From IMG/VR virus record IMGVR_UViG_3300045988_017181: a stretch of DNA of 41,977 nt; one strand, written 5' to 3'. Made by a program: the position numbers and the translations under genes. The notes beneath the pieces are model-generated. The model was not told the DNA's origin, did no database searches, and saw nothing but the letters and a program-made list of their open reading frames with translations. Origin of the DNA: a virus. Shown here one piece after another: positions 17,384-26,735 of the stretch; the first letter of the stretch is position 1; every line of letters begins with the position of its first letter.

Positions 17384-18342
17384 TAGTAAAAGTAACCTCC
17401 TCGTTCTCTAGGTAGTACATTAGAATTATAATAATTAGACCACTGCTGAATGAAGTCTACATAGGGCTTATACTGTTGGTAATTAGCCATTACGTTACCA
17501 AGGATGTTACCACCAGTATTGGATGCAATGGTCGCACTAGAGGACGCTCCGCTCATACCAGTAGATGCAAGTAGACCTGCGCCACCAAGACCTGCCAGTG
17601 TCCCTGAGGACAGACCCGTAGAAGCGGCAGTAGTAGCACCACCAGCAACTACGCTATTAGCCGCGAGACCATAAGAAGACAGGAAGCCAGAACCTAGAGA
17701 GGTGCTAACAGCCCCTGCACCACCGATGCCTGCAGAAGCACCCGTAGCAGTAGAAGCCGCGGCTGAAGAAGCGGCACCCCCAAGTGCACCACCAACGGCA
17801 CTACCAATACCTGCAGTAGCGGCACCCAAAGCGGCACCTGTAGTAACACCTTGGAAGAGTTGTGCATACAGTTTAGAGCCCTTAATAAAGCTATTAGATA
17901 GGTTATCTCTAGCCTGCTCTACAGCGTTCTTAGTCTCGATGTAGAGAGCCTCCTTTTGAGATCTAACGTTCCACACATCAACCTCATAGGCTTCCTTTAG
18001 AGCAGTCTGCTGTCTAAGATTCGTGCCTCTAATAACCTGCCCAAGTTTATCTTGAGTCCTGCCTTCCACACCCGATTCAGCCTGAGCCGCCTCAACTTGT
18101 GACTGGTTTTGGAAAGCGCTCACCGACATGTTGAAAAGGTTGCCAACTGCAGAGTCATAAAGGGAGCGCTCTTGTCTATTCAGAGCGGCTTGATTGTAGT
18201 TGTAATTCAATTGCATGTAATACATCTGCTTCTTAAAAGCCTTAATCTGATTTCGATTAGTCTTTGAAGCACTGTATAGTGCACTACCACCACCAAATAC
18301 TGCACCAACAGCGGCGCCTACTCCGATAACTACACCACTCAT
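17383..18342 (-). CDS. Internal virion protein, gp14 position (Gly/Ala/Ser-rich C-terminal half)
   Basis: Synteny; low-complexity GA-rich hydrophobic region. Confidence 0.6.
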   Translation of the reverse strand: MSGVVIGVGAAVGAVFGGGSALYSASKTNRNQIKAFKKQMYYMQLNYNYNQAALNRQERSLYDSAVGNLFNMSVSAFQNQSQVEAAQAESGVEGRTQDKLGQVIRGTNLRQQTALKEAYEVDVWNVRSQKEALYIETKNAVEQARDNLSNSFIKGSKLYAQLFQGVTTGAALGAATAGIGSAVGGALGGAASSAAASTATGASAGIGGAGAVSTSLGSGFLSSYGLAANSVVAGGATTAASTGLSSGTLAGLGGAGLLASTGMSGASSSATIASNTGGNILGNVMANYQQYKPYVDFIQQWSNYYNSNVLPRERGGYFY

Positions 18343-18767
18343 TCTTTAATCAATTCCTTTCTATTAGTTGTTAATAGCATCCACTCCGGAGTAAACTCTT
18401 TCTCGCATTCCCTTAGGTCAACCTTATCAGTCCTAAAGCACATCGTAATGTGCGTGTCTTCAAGCGCCCTAAAGGCTTGCCTACGGCCACCTTCAGCCTG
18501 AATGACGTTGTAACCCTTAAGCCTCCCTACAGTATTCCCTAGGGTAACATAACAATCCCCACTGACAATTACAGTAGTAGGGATTTTGATGTAAGCTCCA
18601 ATAATAGCTACATCCTTAGGGATAAAACAGGTTCTGTAATACACCCCTTCATAAACAAAGTGTTCAATGGGGATCTCAACTTCATTACAGACACAACTCT
18701 CCATAGCATGAATTGCGATGTCACAAAGCATGTTATTCTGCTCAGGAGTTAAGGGTTTCAACTTCAT
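18339..18767 (-). CDS. Hypothetical virion protein, gp13 position
   Basis: 142-aa ORF, translationally coupled on both sides; synteny only. Confidence 0.5.
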   Translation of the reverse strand: MKLKPLTPEQNNMLCDIAIHAMESCVCNEVEIPIEHFVYEGVYYRTCFIPKDVAIIGAYIKIPTTVIVSGDCYVTLGNTVGRLKGYNVIQAEGGRRQAFRALEDTHITMCFRTDKVDLRECEKEFTPEWMLLTTNRKELIKE

Positions 18768-21256
18768 ACGCTACTATTCCTTCTAATGTAAAGACCTTCC
18801 CAACCACCTGAAATCAGGTTAATAGGTTGGACATTGTCGGAGCAGACAGTAATGACTACTTCATCATTATTGTCTTGAATCGGGAACTTAAACTTACCCG
18901 TGTAAATATTGTTAGCCCCCAAGATAGTCGGAGATTCACCAAGGCTCCTACCAGTAAACCTATACTTAAAATGCTTTTCCTTAATGTCGTTATCGACCTT
19001 GCATTCAAATACACCAGACTTACTATAGTTCAACCAGAAGTATCTAAGCTGTAGCCTACCTTCAATCTCAGAGATAATACCCCCAGTATCCGTATTCCTC
19101 TTAATGGACTGCTTAGAGAGAGTCACACAGAATTTGTAGGTAAGACCCACAAACACCTCAACACCCCTCATGTCCCCTTGGATCCTAAAGACACCATTGG
19201 AATCCCAATCAGTAACCTCAGTAACGTAACCGTCCTTAGTGACAATGAAATACTTATGATCCTTAGTAGACGGGATAGCACCGTAGATGTCATTAAGGGA
19301 CACCTCAGTGTAATCCTCATAGTCACTGTACTTGTTGGACTTAGGGATTGTATACTTCTTCTTACGATCCATAAAGAGCCTAGTAGGCTCATCAGAGAAG
19401 TCAACAGCATTACCTGTCAACAATGCTTTCTCTAGATACAGCCCATTCGGAGAGTTGATAAGAAGATAAATCTCTGAGTCAACAAACTCCGCTAGAAGAA
19501 CCTCAGAATTCTTGTTTGCAAATTCCCACTTGAACCAAGCCTGCTGTTCACTAGTGGCGTTAATAAGAATAAATTTATAACAGTATACGATATTAGGAGT
19601 AGTAGAAGAGATAGCCGTAACTACGTTCTCTGTGGTGTTCCCAGAGAGTCTAGTGATGCCCTTAGGAATGTACGTAGGCACATGTGCGGCTACGTCTTCA
19701 GCATCCTTAAGGTCAGCCACGTCCTGCAAGGAGTAGTAGCGCATCACAGAACAGTAGTTTACTCGATCATTCACAAAGAAAATCGAAGGGCCAATAGAGA
19801 TAGGTTGAACATTCGTGTCATAGTCAAAGTTAGTGATCTGGTCACACTTGACACTCTTAGGAGTCATGACACCGTCACTAGACAACACAAACTGACCTTC
19901 ACGAGAGAACAACATAAGCTCTCTAGCAAAGGGTACAGCATGAGTCAGAATGGCAACCTTATTAGAGGAAACCGAGACATCAATAGGGTCAGTGTCTGCA
20001 ATAGCCGCAGAGGACTTAAACCAGAAATTAAAGAAGTCGTTGGTTGCACTAAGGATAATGGATTCATCAGAGATGACCCCTAGGCGATTACGATAGAAAA
20101 AGATGTCATTGATCTTCCTACCAATGAACGAAGGATCAGGGTTAGTGTCTTCATTACCAGAGCCTCTATCAACCCACGGGAGCTTCTTAAGGAGAAAACT
20201 TCCATCCCCCTGCCTAACAATAGCATGAGGCATATTCTTAGGGTTGATCTTAGTGGGAATCCTAGGTGCTACAGTTTCCTTCCACACCTTATGTTCGTCG
20301 TCCCACTTTACGTAGAAGTCGTCATCTTCGGAATTCTTTTCTCCAGACACCTGCATGATGTAATTCTCAGGTGCAATCGGAGGGAGCTTATTAACAGCCG
20401 TAACCTTACCCATGTAAGCAATAGCGTTCTGGTTACCAAAGCCATCCTTAACAAGGACATTAGGAGGATCCCACCCAGACTTAGCTTGGATCGTAATAAC
20501 AGAGTCGCCAACTAGACCTACGTTATAGGAACTCATGCTTGCACTAGACCTAGAGTAACCCATAGACGCTCTACCGCCAATCTGATTCAACAGGTCATCA
20601 TAGGTACCACCAACGTCAGGGTTACCTCCATCAGGTTTCTTACCAGTTTTAAGAAGTGTATACAAGGCTCTTGCAATAAAGGCAGTATTAGTCTGCACAG
20701 CCTGCTTAGCCTCACCACCATCAGGTGTAATAACACCACACATATACGCACCATCTACATAAATGGCGTAAGTCTTAGCATACTGGGCATTCTTGACGTA
20801 CACCAGAGCAGTATCCTTTTTACCCGACGGGGACGTGCCTTCTACAGCACCGACCTCCTTCTCAGTGTTCAAGACAAAGGTGTAGTCAGCAACAGTAACT
20901 GCCTTTAGTTTTCCCTTAGGGTCACTAGTGGTAATGTACTGTTTTGACGCATCATCTTCAAACGTGCATTTCCTAGGCTCACCATTAAGATCAAAAATCT
21001 GGTATTCACCAGAGCCAAGCTGGAGAATGTACTTTTCATGTTCGTCTCTATTGATTACATGATACTTCTTCTTTGTAGCATCAACACGGTCAGACAAACG
21101 TTTGATTGCAAGAGTCGGAGGTCTCTTTTGGAGACCCTCAACTTCATTAGGAAACCCGTTGACAAGCTCAGTCACCTGATCGGGAAATCTGATGATGTCA
21201 GGTTGTTGAGAGACACCACCTTTAAATGAGTGAATGCTTTGAGATACTAGAGGCAT
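18764..21256 (-). CDS. Tail tubular protein B (gp12-like)
   Basis: 830-aa ORF following the gp11-like gene; N-terminal SFKGGVSQQP...RFPDQ resembles podoviral nozzle proteins. Confidence 0.8.
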   Translation of the reverse strand: MPLVSQSIHSFKGGVSQQPDIIRFPDQVTELVNGFPNEVEGLQKRPPTLAIKRLSDRVDATKKKYHVINRDEHEKYILQLGSGEYQIFDLNGEPRKCTFEDDASKQYITTSDPKGKLKAVTVADYTFVLNTEKEVGAVEGTSPSGKKDTALVYVKNAQYAKTYAIYVDGAYMCGVITPDGGEAKQAVQTNTAFIARALYTLLKTGKKPDGGNPDVGGTYDDLLNQIGGRASMGYSRSSASMSSYNVGLVGDSVITIQAKSGWDPPNVLVKDGFGNQNAIAYMGKVTAVNKLPPIAPENYIMQVSGEKNSEDDDFYVKWDDEHKVWKETVAPRIPTKINPKNMPHAIVRQGDGSFLLKKLPWVDRGSGNEDTNPDPSFIGRKINDIFFYRNRLGVISDESIILSATNDFFNFWFKSSAAIADTDPIDVSVSSNKVAILTHAVPFARELMLFSREGQFVLSSDGVMTPKSVKCDQITNFDYDTNVQPISIGPSIFFVNDRVNYCSVMRYYSLQDVADLKDAEDVAAHVPTYIPKGITRLSGNTTENVVTAISSTTPNIVYCYKFILINATSEQQAWFKWEFANKNSEVLLAEFVDSEIYLLINSPNGLYLEKALLTGNAVDFSDEPTRLFMDRKKKYTIPKSNKYSDYEDYTEVSLNDIYGAIPSTKDHKYFIVTKDGYVTEVTDWDSNGVFRIQGDMRGVEVFVGLTYKFCVTLSKQSIKRNTDTGGIISEIEGRLQLRYFWLNYSKSGVFECKVDNDIKEKHFKYRFTGRSLGESPTILGANNIYTGKFKFPIQDNNDEVVITVCSDNVQPINLISGGWEGLYIRRNSSV

Positions 21257-21258
21257 GT

Positions 21259-21834
21259 TTAGCTCCTCTGAGTCTGCTGACTGATGAACTGGTCATCATT
21301 GAGGATGTTATAGTTACCATCCGTCAGCTCATAGTCTACAATGTCTGCATAAGCCGCACTCTCCTCTAGCTGAAGATGTGCATCGATGTCCGCAGAGGTA
21401 AGATACCTCATCTGAAAGACTCTACTGGCTCTAACAGTAATATACTTTCTGAAGACCTGAGGAAGCTCCTCAAAAGGGAGTTCCCTGACAAGTTCATCCA
21501 GAGTGATGCCTTCAGGGAACTCTAGAGCCCCTGAATCAAGATCATAAAAATAGCCTTCTCTACTCACGAACTTATAGCTAGTAGAGACAGCCCTTAGGAA
21601 GTCTCTACCATAAGCAACTTTGTTAGTAAAAGAGTCAGGCTTCAAGGTAACACTGGTGAGAGTGTTAAAGCTGTAACCCCTAGACTGGATCTCTTGACTG
21701 ACAGCCTTAAGGATTCTTACAGCATTCAGCACATCCACATTAGCATCATCCTCAAGAGAATTAACAGGGCTAGAGCCTACGGATGACAAAATTTCATTTA
21801 CTGCTTCAAGTTCAGTGCTAGGAGTTACAATCAT
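21259..21834 (-). CDS. Tail tubular protein A (gp11-like)
   Basis: 191 aa. Size and position match T7 gp11. Confidence 0.75.
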   Translation of the reverse strand: MIVTPSTELEAVNEILSSVGSSPVNSLEDDANVDVLNAVRILKAVSQEIQSRGYSFNTLTSVTLKPDSFTNKVAYGRDFLRAVSTSYKFVSREGYFYDLDSGALEFPEGITLDELVRELPFEELPQVFRKYITVRASRVFQMRYLTSADIDAHLQLEESAAYADIVDYELTDGNYNILNDDQFISQQTQRS

Positions 21835-22007
21835 TATTCTTCCTTGTTGTTATTCTTTTCGACGGTTCTTCGAGGCTTAACAGGCTTTGCAGTTGCACTA
21901 AGGAGACCCAGTTCCTGAGCCTCCTCGGGGGTAAGCTGATACCCCCACTTGTGCACCTGACAGAAGTAAGTAGTCTCGTAAGCCTTCTTTACTTCTTCAA
22001 TGGTCAT
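21834..22007 (-). CDS. Small hypothetical protein (57 aa), below the ORF-track cutoff
   Basis: ATG at 22007. Its TAA overlaps the ATG of the gp11-like gene (TAATG). Weak RBS. Confidence 0.35.
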   Translation of the reverse strand: MTIEEVKKAYETTYFCQVHKWGYQLTPEEAQELGLLSATAKPVKPRRTVEKNNNKEE

Positions 22008-22010
22008 CTA

Positions 22011-23908
22011 TTAAACCTGAGCAGTCTTAACGATAACACCAACGGCTTCGGGACGAAGACCGCCGTGACCCCAAACGGACATACTTGTCCGCTAGACTAT
22101 CGCTTACCCCTTAGGGTTCTTTTCATTTAGTCGTTGCTTGTGCCAATAAAGGATCATCTCAGCATCATGTCTTTTAAGCCTAAGATGCGGGATGATTGCC
22201 TTTAATACTTTAGTAGCAGTTCCGTAGAACGATGCACCAAAGTTTAATTTAAACTCTTTAATATTTTCTTTCGTTGTCTTGTAGATCTTACCGCCGTACG
22301 TGCTTTGGATTAGTTCTACAGAACAAACATCAGATTTTTGTACATGAATCTTAAGCCAGTGTTCTCTACCGGAACACCTAAGATACCCATCACCATCAAT
22401 ATATCCTGCCAACCATGAAGGACTGGCATTCTTCTTATATCTAGTTGGCCCTGTATCAGCTCTAGATTCTTTAGCAAACTTCCTAAGCTCATCCACCTGC
22501 TCTTGGGTGAGATTAACTCCTGAAAGTTCTCTACGTTTATCAAGCATTCTTTGGAAATGCTTTCCTTTAATCACCATGTGTTTGATGATGTGCGGCAAGA
22601 ACTTTTCTAAGTCATTCTTACTCGACACCCGCCAACACTTTTGATTCTTAACTTCTATATTGCGGATGCTCCCTACATCGTAGGCATCTCTTAGATCTTG
22701 AAGGAGCTTAAAGCCTCTCCCTCTATTGTCGATCTGAACAATTGAAAACTGTAGACATATACGAAAATGACCGTCTACAGTCTTATTAAAGTAAAAACTA
22801 AGGGCTCCGTCTGCATCTACGAACCCCGCAACATATTTATTTAGAGTTTCATTATAGTTACTCATCTCTGTATACACCTATACTGTTTTATGAGTTATTT
22901 GGCTTCAATCGGGTTGTCTAAAAAGAGTTTCCCGTTATTTAGAAAAGATTACGCGACAGGTTAGTTTATCGCGTACTTGGCAATGATCTGGTCAGCCTGA
23001 TATTCAGCTCGACGAGCACGTTCCATAGCGAGATCCTTGAGCTTCACCGTACCAACAGCGGAACGATGGAAGACAATGCCCTGAAGACCCGCAGCCTGGA
23101 TACTCGCACTAAGAGCGTGCTTGCCATCAATGCCCTCATTCAGAAGGTGCGGAACTTCAATGACTTCAAAACCGCAAATCGTCTGGAGCTTGCCCGTGTT
23201 CGGATCAAAGAGGGCATGATAGTTAGCCGCATCAGGCATAAGAGCCTTCATGACAGCAGAGTAGCCTTCAGGCGTGAGAAGGCAATAGCGGTCACCCTGC
23301 GGGACGTAGTTCTTCGTCATCTGAGCACGAGCCGCGAGGAGACCCTCAAGGATCTTATTGCCATACTTAGCTTCCTGCGAAATCTCAAGACCCGTAACAA
23401 ACTCAAAGGCCTTACCCGTACCGGGAACCTTGTCAGTATCAGTATCATTGTCGGGAATGTTACCGTCCTTGAACTTAGCGTCCTTAGCGGCCTCATTGGC
23501 AAGCTCATTGATAATAGCACAGTCAGCGCCCATAGCGAGAGCTTCACCAAGCTGACGGGAGTATTCAACTCGAACGTCATAATGGTTCATCGCATCGTCG
23601 ATATCCGTGATAAGGCAGTCAGCCGTAAGGAGACCGTCAATAGCGATGACACGCTCATTGTGTTCCATCTTCTTACGCTGGTCATCAAGGGAGTTACCCG
23701 GAGCAAGATACTTAGCACGGGTACGACCCATAACAGCGAACGAAGCACTCTTACCGTGCGAAATCGTTCGAACCTGATGACGAGACATCATAACGGAGGT
23801 GCGAGCAAAAGCAGTCAGAACTTCACCCGTGAAGACCTTCATAAAGAGTGCATCACGCTCGCCCGCAGAGAGAGCCTGACCAGGATTGGAAATACCAGTA
23901 ACAGCCAT
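22011..23908 (-). CDS. Major capsid protein (T7 gp10A-like), split: join(22968..23908, 22011..22083), ~337 aa
   Basis: The listed ORF ends ...ADQIIAKYAIN*. The T7-like C-terminus GHGGLRPEAVGVIVKTAQV* is encoded 884 nt downstream in a short frame. The spliced junction is predicted as ...AKYAI/MSVWGHGGLRPEA... Confidence 0.8.
22084..22967 (-). mobile_element. Group I intron in the capsid gene (884 nt)
   Basis: 8-bp P1: exon TACGCGAT (22975..22968) pairs with GTCGCGTA (22957..22950), with a U-G at the splice site. P/Q-like AATAACGGGAAAC / CAACCCGATT; R-like AACGACTAAATG and S-like AAGCGATAGTCTAGC near the 3' end. The last nucleotide is G (22084). Confidence 0.75.
22104..22877 (-). CDS. Intron-encoded LAGLIDADG homing endonuclease (two-motif)
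   Basis: YVAGFVDADGALSF and WLAGYIDGDGYL motifs. The track start is GTG (22877); the ATG at 22865 has an AGGTG RBS. The 3' end of the ORF overlaps the R element and P8. Confidence 0.85.
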   Translation of the reverse strand: MYTEMSNYNETLNKYVAGFVDADGALSFYFNKTVDGHFRICLQFSIVQIDNRGRGFKLLQDLRDAYDVGSIRNIEVKNQKCWRVSSKNDLEKFLPHIIKHMVIKGKHFQRMLDKRRELSGVNLTQEQVDELRKFAKESRADTGPTRYKKNASPSWLAGYIDGDGYLRCSGREHWLKIHVQKSDVCSVELIQSTYGGKIYKTTKENIKEFKLNFGASFYGTATKVLKAIIPHLRLKRHDAEMILYWHKQRLNEKNPKG

Positions 23909-23959
23909 TTTTAATTATTTTCCTTTTAAAGTATATAAGATTTGTTGTTATAGATAAAA

Positions 23960-24745
23960 TTAAACACTAGTGGCCCACATTCTCTGTTCGACCTGTCGGG
24001 TGTATTCAGGATCCCTGCCATAGCGCTTATCGCTCATAGCCTCGATCACTTCAGATTTGTTTGCAAACCCCTTAGGACGATTCACAGGAGTGGCCGTACC
24101 GCCATGAATAGACTTATTAGCGGTACCCATCTTGGAAGTCATCTTAGACTTCATGCCTTCAAGCATGAGGGAGACAGCTTCCAGATTATTGTTGTCGATT
24201 GCTCTGTTAAAGGAGTCAATCGTCTTCTGAGGGAGATTCTTGGATGCCCAATCGACAATACGATTGTACTCCTTAGTACCCCCTACGGAATCATAAACAG
24301 CTTCAGTGAAGCGAGATTCAAGAGCCTTTCGACTCTCAATGAAACCCTCGATAACCTCAGAAGGATAGCCTGCCTTCTCAAGTTCAGCAACGGTTTCATC
24401 GGAGAGCTTGCCATGCTCCTGATATTCTCGGACAGCCTTATTGAAGTCAACACCCTTTTCCTTAAGGGAGGTCTTCACGGCATCAATAGCCTTTTCGTGC
24501 TTGTCTACTTCTTCTTGAAGATTCTCTTGATCTTCATTTTGATCATGAACAGCCACATCATCAGCGTGGCCTTCAGTTTCATTAGCTTGTTCTTCATTAT
24601 GTTCTTCCCCCGACTTTTCGTTCTGAAGAAGGGGGTCTCCAATATCAGGGTCAACCTCAATCTGAGTCGTAGAAGACTCCATGATCTCAATACCCTGTGC
24701 TTCAGCCTCCTCAGTGAGAGACTGAGGTTCATTAAAGTCAGTCAT
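23960..24745 (-). CDS. Scaffolding protein (gp9-like)
   Basis: Acidic 261-aa protein between portal and capsid. Confidence 0.7.
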   Translation of the reverse strand: MTDFNEPQSLTEEAEAQGIEIMESSTTQIEVDPDIGDPLLQNEKSGEEHNEEQANETEGHADDVAVHDQNEDQENLQEEVDKHEKAIDAVKTSLKEKGVDFNKAVREYQEHGKLSDETVAELEKAGYPSEVIEGFIESRKALESRFTEAVYDSVGGTKEYNRIVDWASKNLPQKTIDSFNRAIDNNNLEAVSLMLEGMKSKMTSKMGTANKSIHGGTATPVNRPKGFANKSEVIEAMSDKRYGRDPEYTRQVEQRMWATSV

Positions 24746-24769
24746 TAGTTATCCTTTAGTTATTCAGGT

Positions 24770-24864
24770 GCTAGCTATGCTAGCTGTGTCTGCTGTGCTA
24801 GTGTCCTAGCTGTGCTAGTGCCCTAGCTGTGCTAGTGTTCTAGCTGTGCTAGTGTTCTAGCTGT
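24770..24864. repeat. Array of 17-bp units GCTAGTG(T/C)(C/T)CTAGCTGT (4 good copies plus a degenerate leader) between portal and scaffold genes
   Basis: Copies at 24797, 24814, 24831 and 24848. The unit is nearly identical to the 18-bp terminal unit. The last copy encodes the portal C-terminus (AQLEH*). Confidence 0.9.
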
Positions 24865-26450
24865 GCTTCATTGACAGCCATCTGTGCACCTGCGTCAATA
24901 CCCTGTTGCTGGGCATACTGTTCCATAGCGGCCTGTTGTTCTGCCTGAAGTTCTTCAGGAGTCTTCACTAGACCCGTAGCATCAATATGAGCCGCCGCAA
25001 AAATCCTAGTAGCAAGATTACCAACGTTGAGAGCCTGTAGAAACTCAGGGAACTGTTGCATCAATTGCAAAGCCTGAGCTAGATTGTTAAGATCCTGTCC
25101 TCTACCAAGGGCATCAATACCCGTGATGATGGAGGGTTCAATCTCTGCAATACTCTCGTCAATCACAGGGAGCAACCCCTGAGATTGCATCTGATTGTAG
25201 ACACAGGCAACGAGAGGAAGCTGTAGCTCCTGAGACAGGAGAGAATAGACACCACCTAGGGTATCCTCAAGTTCACCTGCAACGTACCTAATCTCTTCTG
25301 CGGTAACTCTGTCTCTACCCACAGCACCACTCTGGACTGCAGAGTTCAAGAGGAACGCATAAGACAAACGAGACTCAATCTGTTGAGCAGTAGTGAGTAC
25401 CGTCTGCATGTCCATGCTCTTATTGAGTTGCATGGGAACAACGTCCTCCATACGACCCCTAACAAAGGCACCGTTCTCTGCCTTAGACAAAGCCCTGATG
25501 TTAGTCTGACAAGCAGGAGACACGAGATAGAGAACCTTAGAGGCAATCATGGAGATATCCACAATGCTCTTAGAGAGATTCTCAAGGGAGATAAGGTCGC
25601 CAAGGTAATCCTCAACAAAGGATCTACCGTAGTGTTCACCGTCCTTCTTATTGAATCTAAGGGGAATCCAAGGACTCTTGTTTGCAGGATAAGTCTGCTC
25701 ACTACCCGCAACAGGTTCGCCTTCAATCTCCTGATAGGATTCCCACTGATAGGTGTCTCCGCTAGCCACACGGTAAATGTGAGTATAGATGTCTACCTTT
25801 TCGTTGATAGTCGGTTCACCAGAATCAGAGAGAACAGACTGCATGGAATCAGGAAGACTACCACGGGAAACAGTGTCCTTAGCGACAATCTGAAGGACAT
25901 TGCCGATAGCGTCTCTCTGAACAGCGTACTCACGAAGAGTATAGCACCTCATGCCACCTTCAGCAGGAGGAAGGAACAGAAGTGCATTGCCTGCAATGAT
26001 AAGTTGCTTAATGGCTTCAAAAAGAGTCGGCCTAAGAGACTGAGACTCCATGTACTTAATCATCTGTTGTTCCATCATGGACAAACCGTATTCGATATTG
26101 TCCTTCAGCTGGTCATCAGCAGACTCATTAAGAGCTACAGTCGACTCCGCGTCCAACCCCAGTCTAAAGAAAGGTTGATTAGGAGGCAACAGAGAAAGAA
26201 GAAGCTTAGAGGCAAGATTATTAAGACCCCTAGCACCCACAGAATTGTAAGGAGTGGAATAGTTAGTACCACCATCATCAGACTCCTTAGGAAAGAGCAT
26301 AGGGATCGTGTAGGTTGCACACTTCTCTGCTCTCTGGGTGTATGGGTCTCTGTCTGTCGTGAGTTTGTCATAGGTCGTCTTAGCGCCTTCAAGAGGGATA
26401 TTTCCTGCGGTATGTTCACTAGTTGCCATTCCAACCGTCCCACCCATCAT
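24849..26450 (-). CDS. Portal (head-tail connector) protein (gp8-like)
   Basis: 533 aa. Position and size match T7 gp8. The true start may be the internal MATSEH. Confidence 0.85.
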   Translation of the reverse strand: MMGGTVGMATSEHTAGNIPLEGAKTTYDKLTTDRDPYTQRAEKCATYTIPMLFPKESDDGGTNYSTPYNSVGARGLNNLASKLLLSLLPPNQPFFRLGLDAESTVALNESADDQLKDNIEYGLSMMEQQMIKYMESQSLRPTLFEAIKQLIIAGNALLFLPPAEGGMRCYTLREYAVQRDAIGNVLQIVAKDTVSRGSLPDSMQSVLSDSGEPTINEKVDIYTHIYRVASGDTYQWESYQEIEGEPVAGSEQTYPANKSPWIPLRFNKKDGEHYGRSFVEDYLGDLISLENLSKSIVDISMIASKVLYLVSPACQTNIRALSKAENGAFVRGRMEDVVPMQLNKSMDMQTVLTTAQQIESRLSYAFLLNSAVQSGAVGRDRVTAEEIRYVAGELEDTLGGVYSLLSQELQLPLVACVYNQMQSQGLLPVIDESIAEIEPSIITGIDALGRGQDLNNLAQALQLMQQFPEFLQALNVGNLATRIFAAAHIDATGLVKTPEELQAEQQAAMEQYAQQQGIDAGAQMAVNEAQLEH

Positions 26451-26486
26451 TCAATGATTGATTACCAACCATCATAACCCTCCACG

Positions 26487-26735
26487 TTAGACAAGGTTAC
26501 GGCCTGCACCTGCAGACACATCAGCATTCCCTGCCTTCTTAATTCTAAGACCCTTCTTACCCTTACGAAGCTGAACCTTTTCGGTTTCTTCCTTCTTCTC
26601 AGCTTCACCCTCAGGGTTCGTAAGCTCAAGCTCAGGAGCAGGAGCCTCAGGGGCACTCTGACCGCTGTTGCCTATACCAGTCACCTTATGGACAACATTC
26701 TTAAAGGTCTTCTTAATACCACTAAAAAGTCCCAT
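26487..26735 (-). CDS. gp7.3-like small virion protein
   Basis: Basic N-terminus (MGLFSGIKKTFKNVVHKV) and a C-terminal RKGKKGLRIKKAG...GAGRNLV tail resemble T7 gp7.3. Immediately before the portal gene. Confidence 0.5.
   Translation of the reverse strand: MGLFSGIKKTFKNVVHKVTGIGNSGQSAPEAPAPELELTNPEGEAEKKEETEKVQLRKGKKGLRIKKAGNADVSAGAGRNLV

Noticed and set aside
22035-22066. Strong hairpin CACGGCGG(T)CTTCG-TCC-CGAAGCCGTTGGTG as a Tphi-like terminator after the capsid gene
   Set aside because: It lies inside capsid exon 2 (coding GHGGLRPEAVG) and is not followed by a U-tract. No separate terminator is evident between the capsid stop and the next ORF.
22084-22967. Intein interpretation of the LAGLIDADG (capsid) and HNH (DNA polymerase) insertions
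   Set aside because: The endonuclease ORFs are out of frame with the host genes and separated from them by stop codons. The flanks show group I features: a U-G P1 helix, P/Q/R/S-like blocks and a terminal G.
24770-24864. CRISPR array interpretation of the various 17-21-bp tandem arrays (also 1..55, 199..420, 31879..31937, 37926..37992 and 41860..41977)
   Set aside because: The repeats are contiguous with no unique spacers. The units are shorter than CRISPR repeats, and there are no cas genes.
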